Source of the DNA: Candidatus Collierbacteria bacterium RIFOXYD2_FULL_45_13 | GTDB taxonomy: Bacteria > Patescibacteriota > Microgenomatia > UBA1400 > MFAQ01 | DNA length: 64,000 nucleotides | Reading direction: 5' to 3' | Assembly (NCBI GenBank): GCA_001774685.1 | Contig: MFAS01000001.1 | Location: forward strand, 705,485-769,484 | Part shown: positions 56,121 to 64,000 of the stretch, piece after piece | Position numbering within the stretch: position 1 is the first letter of the stretch | Layout of the letters: the number at the start of each line of letters is the position of its first letter | Translations under genes and position numbers: made by a program | The notes under the pieces: model-generated | Seen by the model: the letters and a program-made list of their open reading frames with translations, nothing else | The model's database searches: none | What the model was told of the DNA's origin: nothing

Positions 56121-57473
56121 CTAATACTCGCGAATATTCACAACATTCCAACCGCCACTATCGGGCACTACGATGGCTCTCGCTAAGCTGGGATCATATT
56201 GAATTGTCGAATTGTTCTTTATGTGAATTTTCTTACCCAATATTCCGTTTATCTTCGAATTAGACCCAACATTGATACAGCCGTCGATTGCCACAAACAC
56301 GACTGTTGCTGTATTGCTTGTCATATCAATTGCGGGTAAATTGGCGCAGTCCAGGCTTTGATTTTCGGAAATAAAGATAATTCCGGCACCCTGTGAGTTA
56401 CGATTAAACTGGACGTTGCTACTAGTCACCACCCTCCCTTTAATTGTTGGGTTATCAGGATCGGAGGCCACTATCATAATCGAGTTTTTGTTAGTATCTT
56501 CACTGGTATAGAGGATGTTATTTTGAGAAATATTCACATCACCTTTAATCCATAGTGGACCACTAATCGTTAAATTTACTCCGCTGGGGACATTCAAGTT
56601 TCCCAATATTTCTTTGTTGCCTATAATTCTCGTCCCGTTCGAACAATCGGTTCCGTCCGAACTGGCGATGTTACAATCACCATCCCAAATTCCTCCCTCA
56701 AGGGCTTTATTTTTCCAGTAAGCCGCATCAACACTGGACAGAGTGGCCGGCAGAGGCGGTGAAGAAATTTCAAAACTGCCGCTATAGGGGCAGTTTGTGG
56801 GTGGTGTGCTGGCTCTGACACTCCCTCCAATAAGACACGCCGTCAGGGTACTAGCCCAAGCATTTTTTTGAATATACACGCCTCCGCTATCCAGAGAGTT
56901 CAAGCCCCCAATGGATCCAACCGCCCAGACACTTCCCAATATTTTTGATCCTGCGTTACCCGAGTTTGCTTTAATTCCCAAGACCGGGCCGTTTGAATAA
57001 ACATTTCCGGGTGCGCCATTGCTTCCGGTTACCGTCGTGTTTCCTTCCAGCTCAAAACCACCTTCCCCTGATTGTGCGGCAAATACAAAACTGGCTTTAC
57101 TCGAAGACGACGCAATTGTAACCTCTAAGTTTTTTATGACACCACCCTCGTACCCGGAAGACCTCACTATCTTTTGGTTACTATCTCCGGTCACCGAAGC
57201 CGATACGGTTGCCCCGTTGGACAAGGTAATTCCAACCGAATATGAACTGCCAAAGTCTTGATGAGACCGAAGCCGGTACATGATCTCATCCACCCCGGAC
57301 CATGCCGCATACCAGGCCTGATTTGTCTGAGTAATTGTATCCTCGATTTGGACATTACTAATCGATAGGGAGCTACTGGCCAAAACACTCATGATCGAAA
57401 CTAGTCCTAAGATTAGTACCAATATCAAGCTGGCCTGACCGTGTTGTCCCCTTACAGTATTACAGATGTTCAT
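56121..57473 (-). CDS. large pilus-associated protein with Gly/Asn/Ser-rich beta-helix-like repeats
   Basis: 450 aa with an N-terminal hydrophobic pseudopilin-like segment lacking the canonical GFTLxE, then repeats such as GSNGAPGNVYSNGPVLGIKANSGNAGSKILG. It sits inside the minor-pilin block. Confidence 0.45.
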   Translation of the reverse strand: MNICNTVRGQHGQASLILVLILGLVSIMSVLASSSLSISNVQIEDTITQTNQAWYAAWSGVDEIMYRLRSHQDFGSSYSVGITLSNGATVSASVTGDSNQKIVRSSGYEGGVIKNLEVTIASSSSKASFVFAAQSGEGGFELEGNTTVTGSNGAPGNVYSNGPVLGIKANSGNAGSKILGSVWAVGSIGGLNSLDSGGVYIQKNAWASTLTACLIGGSVRASTPPTNCPYSGSFEISSPPLPATLSSVDAAYWKNKALEGGIWDGDCNIASSDGTDCSNGTRIIGNKEILGNLNVPSGVNLTISGPLWIKGDVNISQNNILYTSEDTNKNSIMIVASDPDNPTIKGRVVTSSNVQFNRNSQGAGIIFISENQSLDCANLPAIDMTSNTATVVFVAIDGCINVGSNSKINGILGKKIHIKNNSTIQYDPSLARAIVVPDSGGWNVVNIREY

Positions 57474-57965
57474 TTAATCAATAAGGTTGACATATGACAA
57501 GGAAAAAGATTTTTGAAAAACATCAAAGGGAAGTATCGTCTGAATCGTACCGTTCACCTTTACCAATCGGCCGCCTGTAGAGATGGGTAATACTACAAAA
57601 GAAATTGCTTCAATTTTTGTTGACGACGGAAAAAAGAAATTACTCGGATTTATCTCAGGAGTACAGCCGCTTTGCATTTTAGCCGAGTACCTGACATTTT
57701 TATTTCCCTCATCGTAGACAAAACTCCAGCATTCGGACTGAGATCGCAAAAATATAGATTGAGTATCTCCGGAGATACTTTGAGCTCCTAGGACGGCTTC
57801 TCGAAAAAATCTTTCAAATACTCTGACACTCTCATCCGTTTTTGTCGTAGTCAATGTTAAATCACGTAAGTTTAAACTTAAAAACAAAATGTAGACGGAA
57901 GTGACGCTTACAAGTGACACTATGGTCATGGCAAGAAGTGTTTCAAATAGCGTAAAACCTCTCAT
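57474..57965 (-). CDS. minor pilin / pseudopilin
   Basis: MRG|FTLFETLLAM prepilin motif. Confidence 0.75.
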   Translation of the reverse strand: MRGFTLFETLLAMTIVSLVSVTSVYILFLSLNLRDLTLTTTKTDESVRVFERFFREAVLGAQSISGDTQSIFLRSQSECWSFVYDEGNKNVRYSAKMQSGCTPEINPSNFFFPSSTKIEAISFVVLPISTGGRLVKVNGTIQTILPFDVFQKSFSLSYVNLID

Positions 57966-58441
57966 CGCCAGTAAGTAATTAATGAACTCAGGTGTATTTC
58001 TTTGTTTTGCCCGCCTTGCAACCAGCTTACCTTTACCTCGGCGTTTAGACTTCCCGGATCGTCAATTCCACCCTGAACAGTAATGTCACATACGGCTGCG
58101 AAACAAACCAAGCTTCGCTGCACCGGACCAAGGGTAATAGATCTGGTAAAGCTCCCAATCGTCTCCTGTCCGGCCGCCAAGCTCCATCTGCTTCCATCAA
58201 ATACGGGGTGAAAAACTCCCACACTCAAATCTAAAAAATTCTCAGCCCTCATACTCTGTAGCACCTCCATCGCTTCAACGGATAAAGTATTTGCTTGTGA
58301 ACGAAGCTGATTTATTGTCACACTGGAGGTGGTTAATCTATTAGCGGCCACACTGCCCACCGCCAATACCAGCAGGACTGCCACCGAAACCATCGCTTCG
58401 ACCAAAGTAAATCCGGTATGCTGTCTAGTCCACGATGCCAT
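57962..58441 (-). CDS. minor pilin / pseudopilin
   Basis: HTG|FTLVEAMVSVAVL prepilin motif. Confidence 0.75.
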   Translation of the reverse strand: MASWTRQHTGFTLVEAMVSVAVLLVLAVGSVAANRLTTSSVTINQLRSQANTLSVEAMEVLQSMRAENFLDLSVGVFHPVFDGSRWSLAAGQETIGSFTRSITLGPVQRSLVCFAAVCDITVQGGIDDPGSLNAEVKVSWLQGGQNKEIHLSSLITYWR

Positions 58442-58859
58442 TTGACTGAATATTTATTATTTCGTTTAGTCCGTTCGAAGTCAGCATCAGCTGACAGGGT
58501 GCACATGTTTGAACACCACCGGTAATAGAGGAAAAAATCCAACTGAAAGATGAAGGATTTATTGTTACTTTCTGAGGAACAACGTACCGCGAAAACTCCA
58601 GCCCGTTTTTTTGAAGTTTGACAACAGACCCAGAAAGGGAAAGGTTGTAGCTTGCCATATCTTTATTGGCAACCGCCAATTCACGTCCGTACTGAATCAT
58701 CGATCTGATTTCGTCTGCCGAACTCCTCAGAACAAACACACTCTGTAAACGTGACAAATTAATAATTCCTAAAGTTGAAATTATCATGACTACCGTCATC
58801 ACCGCTATAACCTCAAATAAAGTAAAGCCAGCGTGCATACGCAAACGCATGATCATCAT
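58425..58859 (-). CDS. minor pilin / pseudopilin
   Basis: HAG|FTLFEVIAVM prepilin motif. Confidence 0.75.
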   Translation of the reverse strand: MMIMRLRMHAGFTLFEVIAVMTVVMIISTLGIINLSRLQSVFVLRSSADEIRSMIQYGRELAVANKDMASYNLSLSGSVVKLQKNGLEFSRYVVPQKVTINPSSFSWIFSSITGGVQTCAPCQLMLTSNGLNEIINIQSNGIVD

Positions 58860-60088
58860 TTTAAAGTCGAGGTTATCTTATATATTGGTAATATAACGGC
58901 CAACGCAAGACCCAACACCCCAAACCCTAAAATAAACACCATAATCGGCTCGATTAATGTCAAGATATTCCCCAATATATTTTCCAGTTCATCTTCATAA
59001 TAGAGAGCCAATTTGTCCAAAGTGTTCCCTATAACCCCGGTTTTTTCAGCACCCTTAATCAGTTTAGTCATAATGCTAGGGAATAGCTCATTTTCCACGG
59101 CAATCGCATCGGCCAAACTAGTCCCTAAGGTCAAGCGGTCTTTGATCCTAACGCAGGCATCGCTATACAAAGGATTCCCAAGGCTGGCCGCTAAAATATC
59201 AAAAGACGTTACGACATTTACACCGTAATTATAGAAACCGGCCAACACCCGAGCAAAACGTGCCTGATTATATCTTGATATCACCAAGCCGGCTAAGGGC
59301 AACTTGAGACTAATATTGCCTAACCACCGGCTACCCCGCCTGCTCCGTAAGAAAAATAATAGCCCCAACAGAACAACCACTGTCGCCGCTAATACCAAAT
59401 ACCAATATTTCGTCCCCAGTGAAACAGCTGAGACCAAAAACAAAGTGTAACCGGGTAATGTTTGTCCCGAACTTTCGGCAAAGGTGATGATTTTGGGAAT
59501 AATTGAAACACTGATAAAGATCATCACCGAAATCATTGCCGCCACTACCACCATCGGATAAATTAGTGCCGATCTCACTCTCGTCAGTAAAGCATTTTCC
59601 CGGCGCAAAAGGTCGGCTAAGTATCCCAAGCTACCATCCAGCGTGCCGCTATTTTCACCGGCTCGCACAATCGCCAAATAAGTTGCGTTAAAGATCTTGG
59701 GGAAACGCGCCAACGCATCCGACAGCTTCCCTCCGGACTGTACATCAAGCATTATTTTGTTAATAACAATCGCAGACCCACCCTTACTTTTTTCATCAAC
59801 AAACGTCCCCAAAGCATCTATTAGAGGCAGCCCTGCTTTAACCATCGAAGACAGTTGACTCGTAAAAAGCACTTTTTCCTGAGGGCTCATTTTTTCACTG
59901 ACCTCCCTGGAAATTCTTGAAAAATAACTACTAAATATTCCGAAGCTCATTTGTCTTTTTATACCAAGACTTACCACGGTTAATCCCTGTTCCAACAAAA
60001 TCATTTCTGCCTCGGACTCCGAACCGGCGGACAAACTGCCGCTTTTGTACTGATCCCGGCTTACTCCTGTATAGACAAATTCAGGCAT
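58856..60088 (-). CDS. pilC: type IV pilus platform protein PilC (GspF family)
   Basis: 410 aa with two GspF repeats and three TM segments. Confidence 0.85.
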   Translation of the reverse strand: MPEFVYTGVSRDQYKSGSLSAGSESEAEMILLEQGLTVVSLGIKRQMSFGIFSSYFSRISREVSEKMSPQEKVLFTSQLSSMVKAGLPLIDALGTFVDEKSKGGSAIVINKIMLDVQSGGKLSDALARFPKIFNATYLAIVRAGENSGTLDGSLGYLADLLRRENALLTRVRSALIYPMVVVAAMISVMIFISVSIIPKIITFAESSGQTLPGYTLFLVSAVSLGTKYWYLVLAATVVVLLGLLFFLRSRRGSRWLGNISLKLPLAGLVISRYNQARFARVLAGFYNYGVNVVTSFDILAASLGNPLYSDACVRIKDRLTLGTSLADAIAVENELFPSIMTKLIKGAEKTGVIGNTLDKLALYYEDELENILGNILTLIEPIMVFILGFGVLGLALAVILPIYKITSTLK

Positions 60089-61795
60089 TTAATCTCGAGT
60101 AACTCTTAATATTTCTTCAAAAGTGGTGATGCCTTGAGCTATTTTATTTATTCCGTCGACCAACATCGTTTGCATGCCACTTCTAATAGCTGCAGTCTTA
60201 ATCTTATTAGCGGATGATCTGTCTAAAATCAACTGACGGATTTCTTCATTTATGGTAAACATCTCATATAAGCCGGTCCTCCCAGAATATCCCGTATACT
60301 TACAAAAGTCACAGCCGGACGCTACCTTTATTTGAGAGGGGATTAGTTTTGTGATTTCCTCCTGCTCAACTGGGTCCAGTATGTTAGCCACGATATAGTC
60401 GGAGATCTTCGAATTCGCTGGCTGGGTCGTCTGACATTTTGGACAAATTTTTCGAACAAGCCTCTGCGCGATTACAAGCTCTAAGGTGGATGCCAACAAG
60501 AACGGTTCGGCTCCTAGATCAATTAGGCGGGGAATGGCTCCGGGGGAATCATTTGTGTGCAAAGTCGAGAGTACCAGATGTCCGGTCATCGCGGCATTAA
60601 CCGCCATTCCAACCGTTTCCGTATCTCGAATTTCTCCCACCATAACGATATCCGGATCCTGTCTAAGCAATGCTCTTAATCCCTCGGCGAAGCTAAAATT
60701 AATTTGAGCATTGATCTGTGTTTGATTGATTCTTCTGATTCGATTTTCCACAGGATCCTCTACTGTTGAGATATTTACTTCACCGGTGTTCAGTAAATTA
60801 AGCATCGTATACATGTTGGTGGTCTTTCCTGATCCGGTCGGCCCGGTAATCAGTATCATTCCGTGTGGTCTGGAGAGGGCCTTTTTAATGATCCCTACAC
60901 TACGCTGATCGTAACCCAAATCTTCTAAAGAGAGCGACAGCTCGCCACTTTCCAAAATACGCAAAACAATTTTTTCACCCTCGACGGTCGGCAATATTGA
61001 CACGCGCAGGCTTACAACATCCCCTTCGTCAGACTCAAATTTCAATCTTCCGTCTTGAGGCAATCTAGTCTCGTCTAGCTTTAAGGAAGACAGGATCTTT
61101 ATTCTGGCTACAATAGCTGGGTGGAGACTTTTTGGCAAACTAATCATGTCATGAAGTACTCCATCGATACGGTAGCGTACCAAGACGCTATCGGCAAGTG
61201 CCTCAATGTGTATATCGGAAGCTTCCGCGATTACCGCAAACTCCAACATCCTTCCCACCGCCTGAATAATAGATACGTCCTCAGCCAATTCTTGGGGTGT
61301 GGCTCGGCCTGGGTGTTGTTTAGCGACCTGATCCACCAATTGTTGAAAATTTTCAGTCAGACTAGACTTGTACTGATGCAAACCAAACTTAATATCGCTT
61401 TCAAAAGCAAAAAAGGGGATTACGTTCATCCCGGTAATTTTTCTAATAAAGTTGATCGTTTCCAAATTTGTTGGATCCATCATGGCGAGATGTAGGATGA
61501 ACCCATCGCGACCAATAGGAACCACTTTCTTCTCTTGAGCAAGCTCCTCTTTTACAAATGACAGGACCTCTTTAGGAATTGTTACATCTTTCAAATTGAT
61601 GTAGCCGATTCCCAAATTTCTGGCAATGAGATCGCCCAACCGATCTTTTGAGATCAACCTCCTTCCCATTAAGACCTCTTGCAGGGGGACGTTAAGGTGG
61701 GTCGCCGTCTTTAAGGCCTCACCCAAATCCGCCTCCGGAATTATTCTGGTATCACGGACTAAATCATAGATCTTTAATGTCTGGGCAGCCATCAC
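60089..61795 (-). CDS. pilB: type IV pilus assembly ATPase PilB (GspE family)
   Basis: N-terminal GSPII_E_N domain, Walker A ITGPTGSGKTT, Asp box, Walker B VGEIRD, and a tetracysteine CPKC...CDFC. Confidence 0.9.
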   Translation of the reverse strand: MMAAQTLKIYDLVRDTRIIPEADLGEALKTATHLNVPLQEVLMGRRLISKDRLGDLIARNLGIGYINLKDVTIPKEVLSFVKEELAQEKKVVPIGRDGFILHLAMMDPTNLETINFIRKITGMNVIPFFAFESDIKFGLHQYKSSLTENFQQLVDQVAKQHPGRATPQELAEDVSIIQAVGRMLEFAVIAEASDIHIEALADSVLVRYRIDGVLHDMISLPKSLHPAIVARIKILSSLKLDETRLPQDGRLKFESDEGDVVSLRVSILPTVEGEKIVLRILESGELSLSLEDLGYDQRSVGIIKKALSRPHGMILITGPTGSGKTTNMYTMLNLLNTGEVNISTVEDPVENRIRRINQTQINAQINFSFAEGLRALLRQDPDIVMVGEIRDTETVGMAVNAAMTGHLVLSTLHTNDSPGAIPRLIDLGAEPFLLASTLELVIAQRLVRKICPKCQTTQPANSKISDYIVANILDPVEQEEITKLIPSQIKVASGCDFCKYTGYSGRTGLYEMFTINEEIRQLILDRSSANKIKTAAIRSGMQTMLVDGINKIAQGITTFEEILRVTRD

Positions 61796-61849
61796 TTCAG
61801 TTTACTACACATACCGCACATCGTGCCGATATTAGGCACCATCAATAAA

Positions 61850-63319
61850 TTATTTCACATATAAGTTCCTGGTGAGATACTCAACCGGTGACCAATCATC
61901 AGTTAAAATTCGTGTTTGTACACCAAAGTCCGTTATTCGTTTATGAAGTGGTAGTAGGATGTCCGGTTTGGATTTGTAAGCTACCACCAACAGATTTTGT
62001 ACGTCTTCTTCTGGCCGATCCTCTATTGCATAAACCTCAACGAAAGAAAATACCGAAAGCAAGGTACTCCGTTCGGCACGCATAAACTGAGATTTGTCTC
62101 CGGTGATCGCCGAAACCAGGTTGATCATTAGAAAACCTTCAGCAATCAGATGCCGGTTTATCTCTGACATAAACTCTTTAGTAGTTAGGTGGAATGGAGG
62201 AGACAATGAATTAAATGCGTCCAAGAAAATTGCCTCATATCTCTTTTCAGATCGTTGAAGAAACAAACGCGCATCTTGATGAAAAATATTGAGTCGCGGG
62301 TCGTCTACCAGAAAAAAGTATCTTCTGGCCAACATGGTCATGGCGGGATCTATCTCCACCACATCCATGTGACCATTGGGATGGTTAAACAGGTAATCCC
62401 GAGGATAAGAATATCCGCCACCTCCGATAAGAAGAGTCTTGTTTAATTTGCCATTAATGACATCCGACACTCGATATGCTTTTGTATATCCAAAATAGAG
62501 TTCGTTTGGTTGATCGGATTGAATGGCGGACTGGATTCCAGAATTGTCGACACTCATTACCACCAGTTTGTTTAATTTACTATCTGTTGCCTGCTGCACA
62601 ATTATTCGGTTATACCAAGAGTCCAAATCAGCCAATGCTTTTAACCTAAAAACACCAACAATTTGATTTAAAAAGTACAGTAACGCGAGCAATCCAATTA
62701 CCAGTTTATGTATGGTACTCCACCGAAGCTGTGCTATCACAGAAATCAGAACCAAGCTCAACGAAAGAGCATAAAGCAGGTCGCTATTCCCGAAAAGAGG
62801 AATCAAATAAAACCCTGCCAAAAAGGTGCCAGAGATGCTACCGAATGTAGACAAAGCATAAAGATTTCCCACCGTCTTACCCGTAGTTAAAGTATTGGAA
62901 AGCTGCAATTTTGCGGCATACGGGGTGATCATTCCCAAAAAAATACTCGCCGGACCAAAAAGTACCATTATCGAAATAAATGAAATCGCACGCAACTCAT
63001 TTCCCAAAGAAAATTGAATAAGTTGTAGTACCGGCTCTTTGAAAAAAGCCGTCATCGCTAAGGAAAAGGCCCCCCATAAAATTACTCCGCCTAAACTTTC
63101 AAAATCTGGAAATCGATCGGCCATCTTCCCGCCAAAATAGTATCCAATTGAAAGACAACCAAGTATTACGCCAATAAGGCTGGTCCAAACTATGAGAGAG
63201 TTTCCCAGATACGGCGAAACTACCCTGGAGGCAACCAGTTCGATAATCATACCCGTAGCACCACCAAAAAATACGGTTAGGCTAAGTCTGTAGGTCTTTA
63301 AAAAAGTTAATAGAGCCAT
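61850..63319 (-). CDS. fused polytopic membrane domain / spermidine-synthase-like (aminopropyltransferase-fold) protein
   Basis: N-terminal roughly 200 aa with six or seven TM helices. The C-terminal domain has LLIGGGGYSYPRD and VVEIDPAMT...IFLDAF, the class I MTase-like spermidine-synthase motifs. Confidence 0.6.
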   Translation of the reverse strand: MALLTFLKTYRLSLTVFFGGATGMIIELVASRVVSPYLGNSLIVWTSLIGVILGCLSIGYYFGGKMADRFPDFESLGGVILWGAFSLAMTAFFKEPVLQLIQFSLGNELRAISFISIMVLFGPASIFLGMITPYAAKLQLSNTLTTGKTVGNLYALSTFGSISGTFLAGFYLIPLFGNSDLLYALSLSLVLISVIAQLRWSTIHKLVIGLLALLYFLNQIVGVFRLKALADLDSWYNRIIVQQATDSKLNKLVVMSVDNSGIQSAIQSDQPNELYFGYTKAYRVSDVINGKLNKTLLIGGGGYSYPRDYLFNHPNGHMDVVEIDPAMTMLARRYFFLVDDPRLNIFHQDARLFLQRSEKRYEAIFLDAFNSLSPPFHLTTKEFMSEINRHLIAEGFLMINLVSAITGDKSQFMRAERSTLLSVFSFVEVYAIEDRPEEDVQNLLVVAYKSKPDILLPLHKRITDFGVQTRILTDDWSPVEYLTRNLYVK

Positions 63320-63335
63320 GGCTTGAGTTTGTAGT

Positions 63336-63983
63336 CTACTTTCCGAATCTCTTTTCTACACGTTTCCAAAACAGCTCAGCTCCGCCGGGACCAACTTCGC
63401 CCGAAGACAAGCACTTCCTAGAGAACTTAAAATTCGGAGAAGTCATCTTCCGAAACAGGCCGGAGTTCACACCCCATTTAATAAATCTGGCAGCTATTTT
63501 AGGGTTTACCGACAGTCTAATTGCTCTAGGTGCGGTTGCCTGACCCGAATTGGGCATCAACCGATGTCTCTCTAAGAATTTAATATTCTCTTTTTCTTGT
63601 CGACCTACCGGTGAGGTAAAAAGCAAAACACTTCCACCCACATTTGTCGGATAAATAATCGCCTTAAAGGCTTGCTCACTCGGCTTGGTAACCTCCAGAT
63701 GGATCAGATTCTTTTCATACAATAATTCATACAGCTCGATCATCTGAATATCGTTCTTGCCCACCAGCACCTTAACGTTGGCGATCCTTGACATCGAAGA
63801 AATAAACATTTCCGTAAAAGGAGACTTCTTAACCAAAACCCAAAACTCAAAACGATCCGACACCCTTTTCAATTCTTGAATTAAATCCGTAAAGTAGGAA
63901 AGACCCACCGCCGCACCGGAAACAGGAATGGCTACATTGATTTTACCAATCTTTTCAGAAAAAACTTTTTGTCTTAAACCCAT
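63336..63983 (-). CDS. hypothetical protein
   Basis: 215 aa with no motif recognised; lies at the window edge. Confidence 0.3.
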   Translation of the reverse strand: MGLRQKVFSEKIGKINVAIPVSGAAVGLSYFTDLIQELKRVSDRFEFWVLVKKSPFTEMFISSMSRIANVKVLVGKNDIQMIELYELLYEKNLIHLEVTKPSEQAFKAIIYPTNVGGSVLLFTSPVGRQEKENIKFLERHRLMPNSGQATAPRAIRLSVNPKIAARFIKWGVNSGLFRKMTSPNFKFSRKCLSSGEVGPGGAELFWKRVEKRFGK

Positions 63984-64000
63984 ACTCTTAGCCAGCTTGT

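Noticed and set aside
1-64000. A CRISPR array, rRNA genes and a prophage or integrase gene.
   Set aside because: No regular direct-repeat/spacer array is visible, there is no rRNA-like conserved sequence, and no integrase or recombinase ORF is recognisable. Only att-like tRNA 3' repeats are present.

Overview
This 64-kb window looks like an AT-rich, small-gene bacterial genome, probably a Patescibacteria/CPR-like lineage. That lineage call is inference from gene content and style.

In order, the window contains:
- a truncated pncB and a mgtC-family gene;
- a central-carbon block: two divergent phosphohexomutase paralogs, PGI/PMI, ppsA, eno and gpmI;
- rsmI, then lexA and uvrB;
- an AT-rich accessory island of about 11.5 kb (14.5–26.0 kb), inserted between uvrB and uvrA;
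- uvrA, a transglutaminase-like surface protein, and a short uvrC that overlaps it;
- secG and a solute-binding-like protein;
- a tRNA hotspot (Val, Leu, Gly, Phe, Leu, Gln);
- GH57-like, typA and nadE genes, then more tRNAs (Arg, Leu, Gly, Pro, His);
- two adjacent giant paralogous beta-propeller surface proteins with near-identical intragenic tandem repeats;
- csp and an AI-2E transporter;
- a complete type IV pilus locus (pilin, PilO-like, PilM-N fusion, minor pilins, pilC, pilB) and a membrane-fused spermidine-synthase-like protein.

The most unusual feature is the accessory island. It carries four clear NUDIX hydrolases (a possible fifth, degenerate one lies outside it at 35.8 kb), interleaved with two glycosyltransferases, two SAM methyltransferases, an NDK-like protein, an HprK-like P-loop kinase, a HAD-like protein, a CYTH domain protein and a stand-alone Hsp70-like ATPase. 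Part of it is a tightly overlapping nine-gene operon. I cannot assign it to any described pathway or defence system.

The second notable finding is a family of four homologous elements of about 120–190 bp sitting just 3' of tRNA genes (Leu-CAG, Arg-TCT, Gly-TCC, His-GTG). Each has a terminator-like hairpin with a shared loop motif, a conserved GC-rich core, and a 13–24 nt direct repeat of the tRNA 3' end.

I found no CRISPR array and no rRNA.
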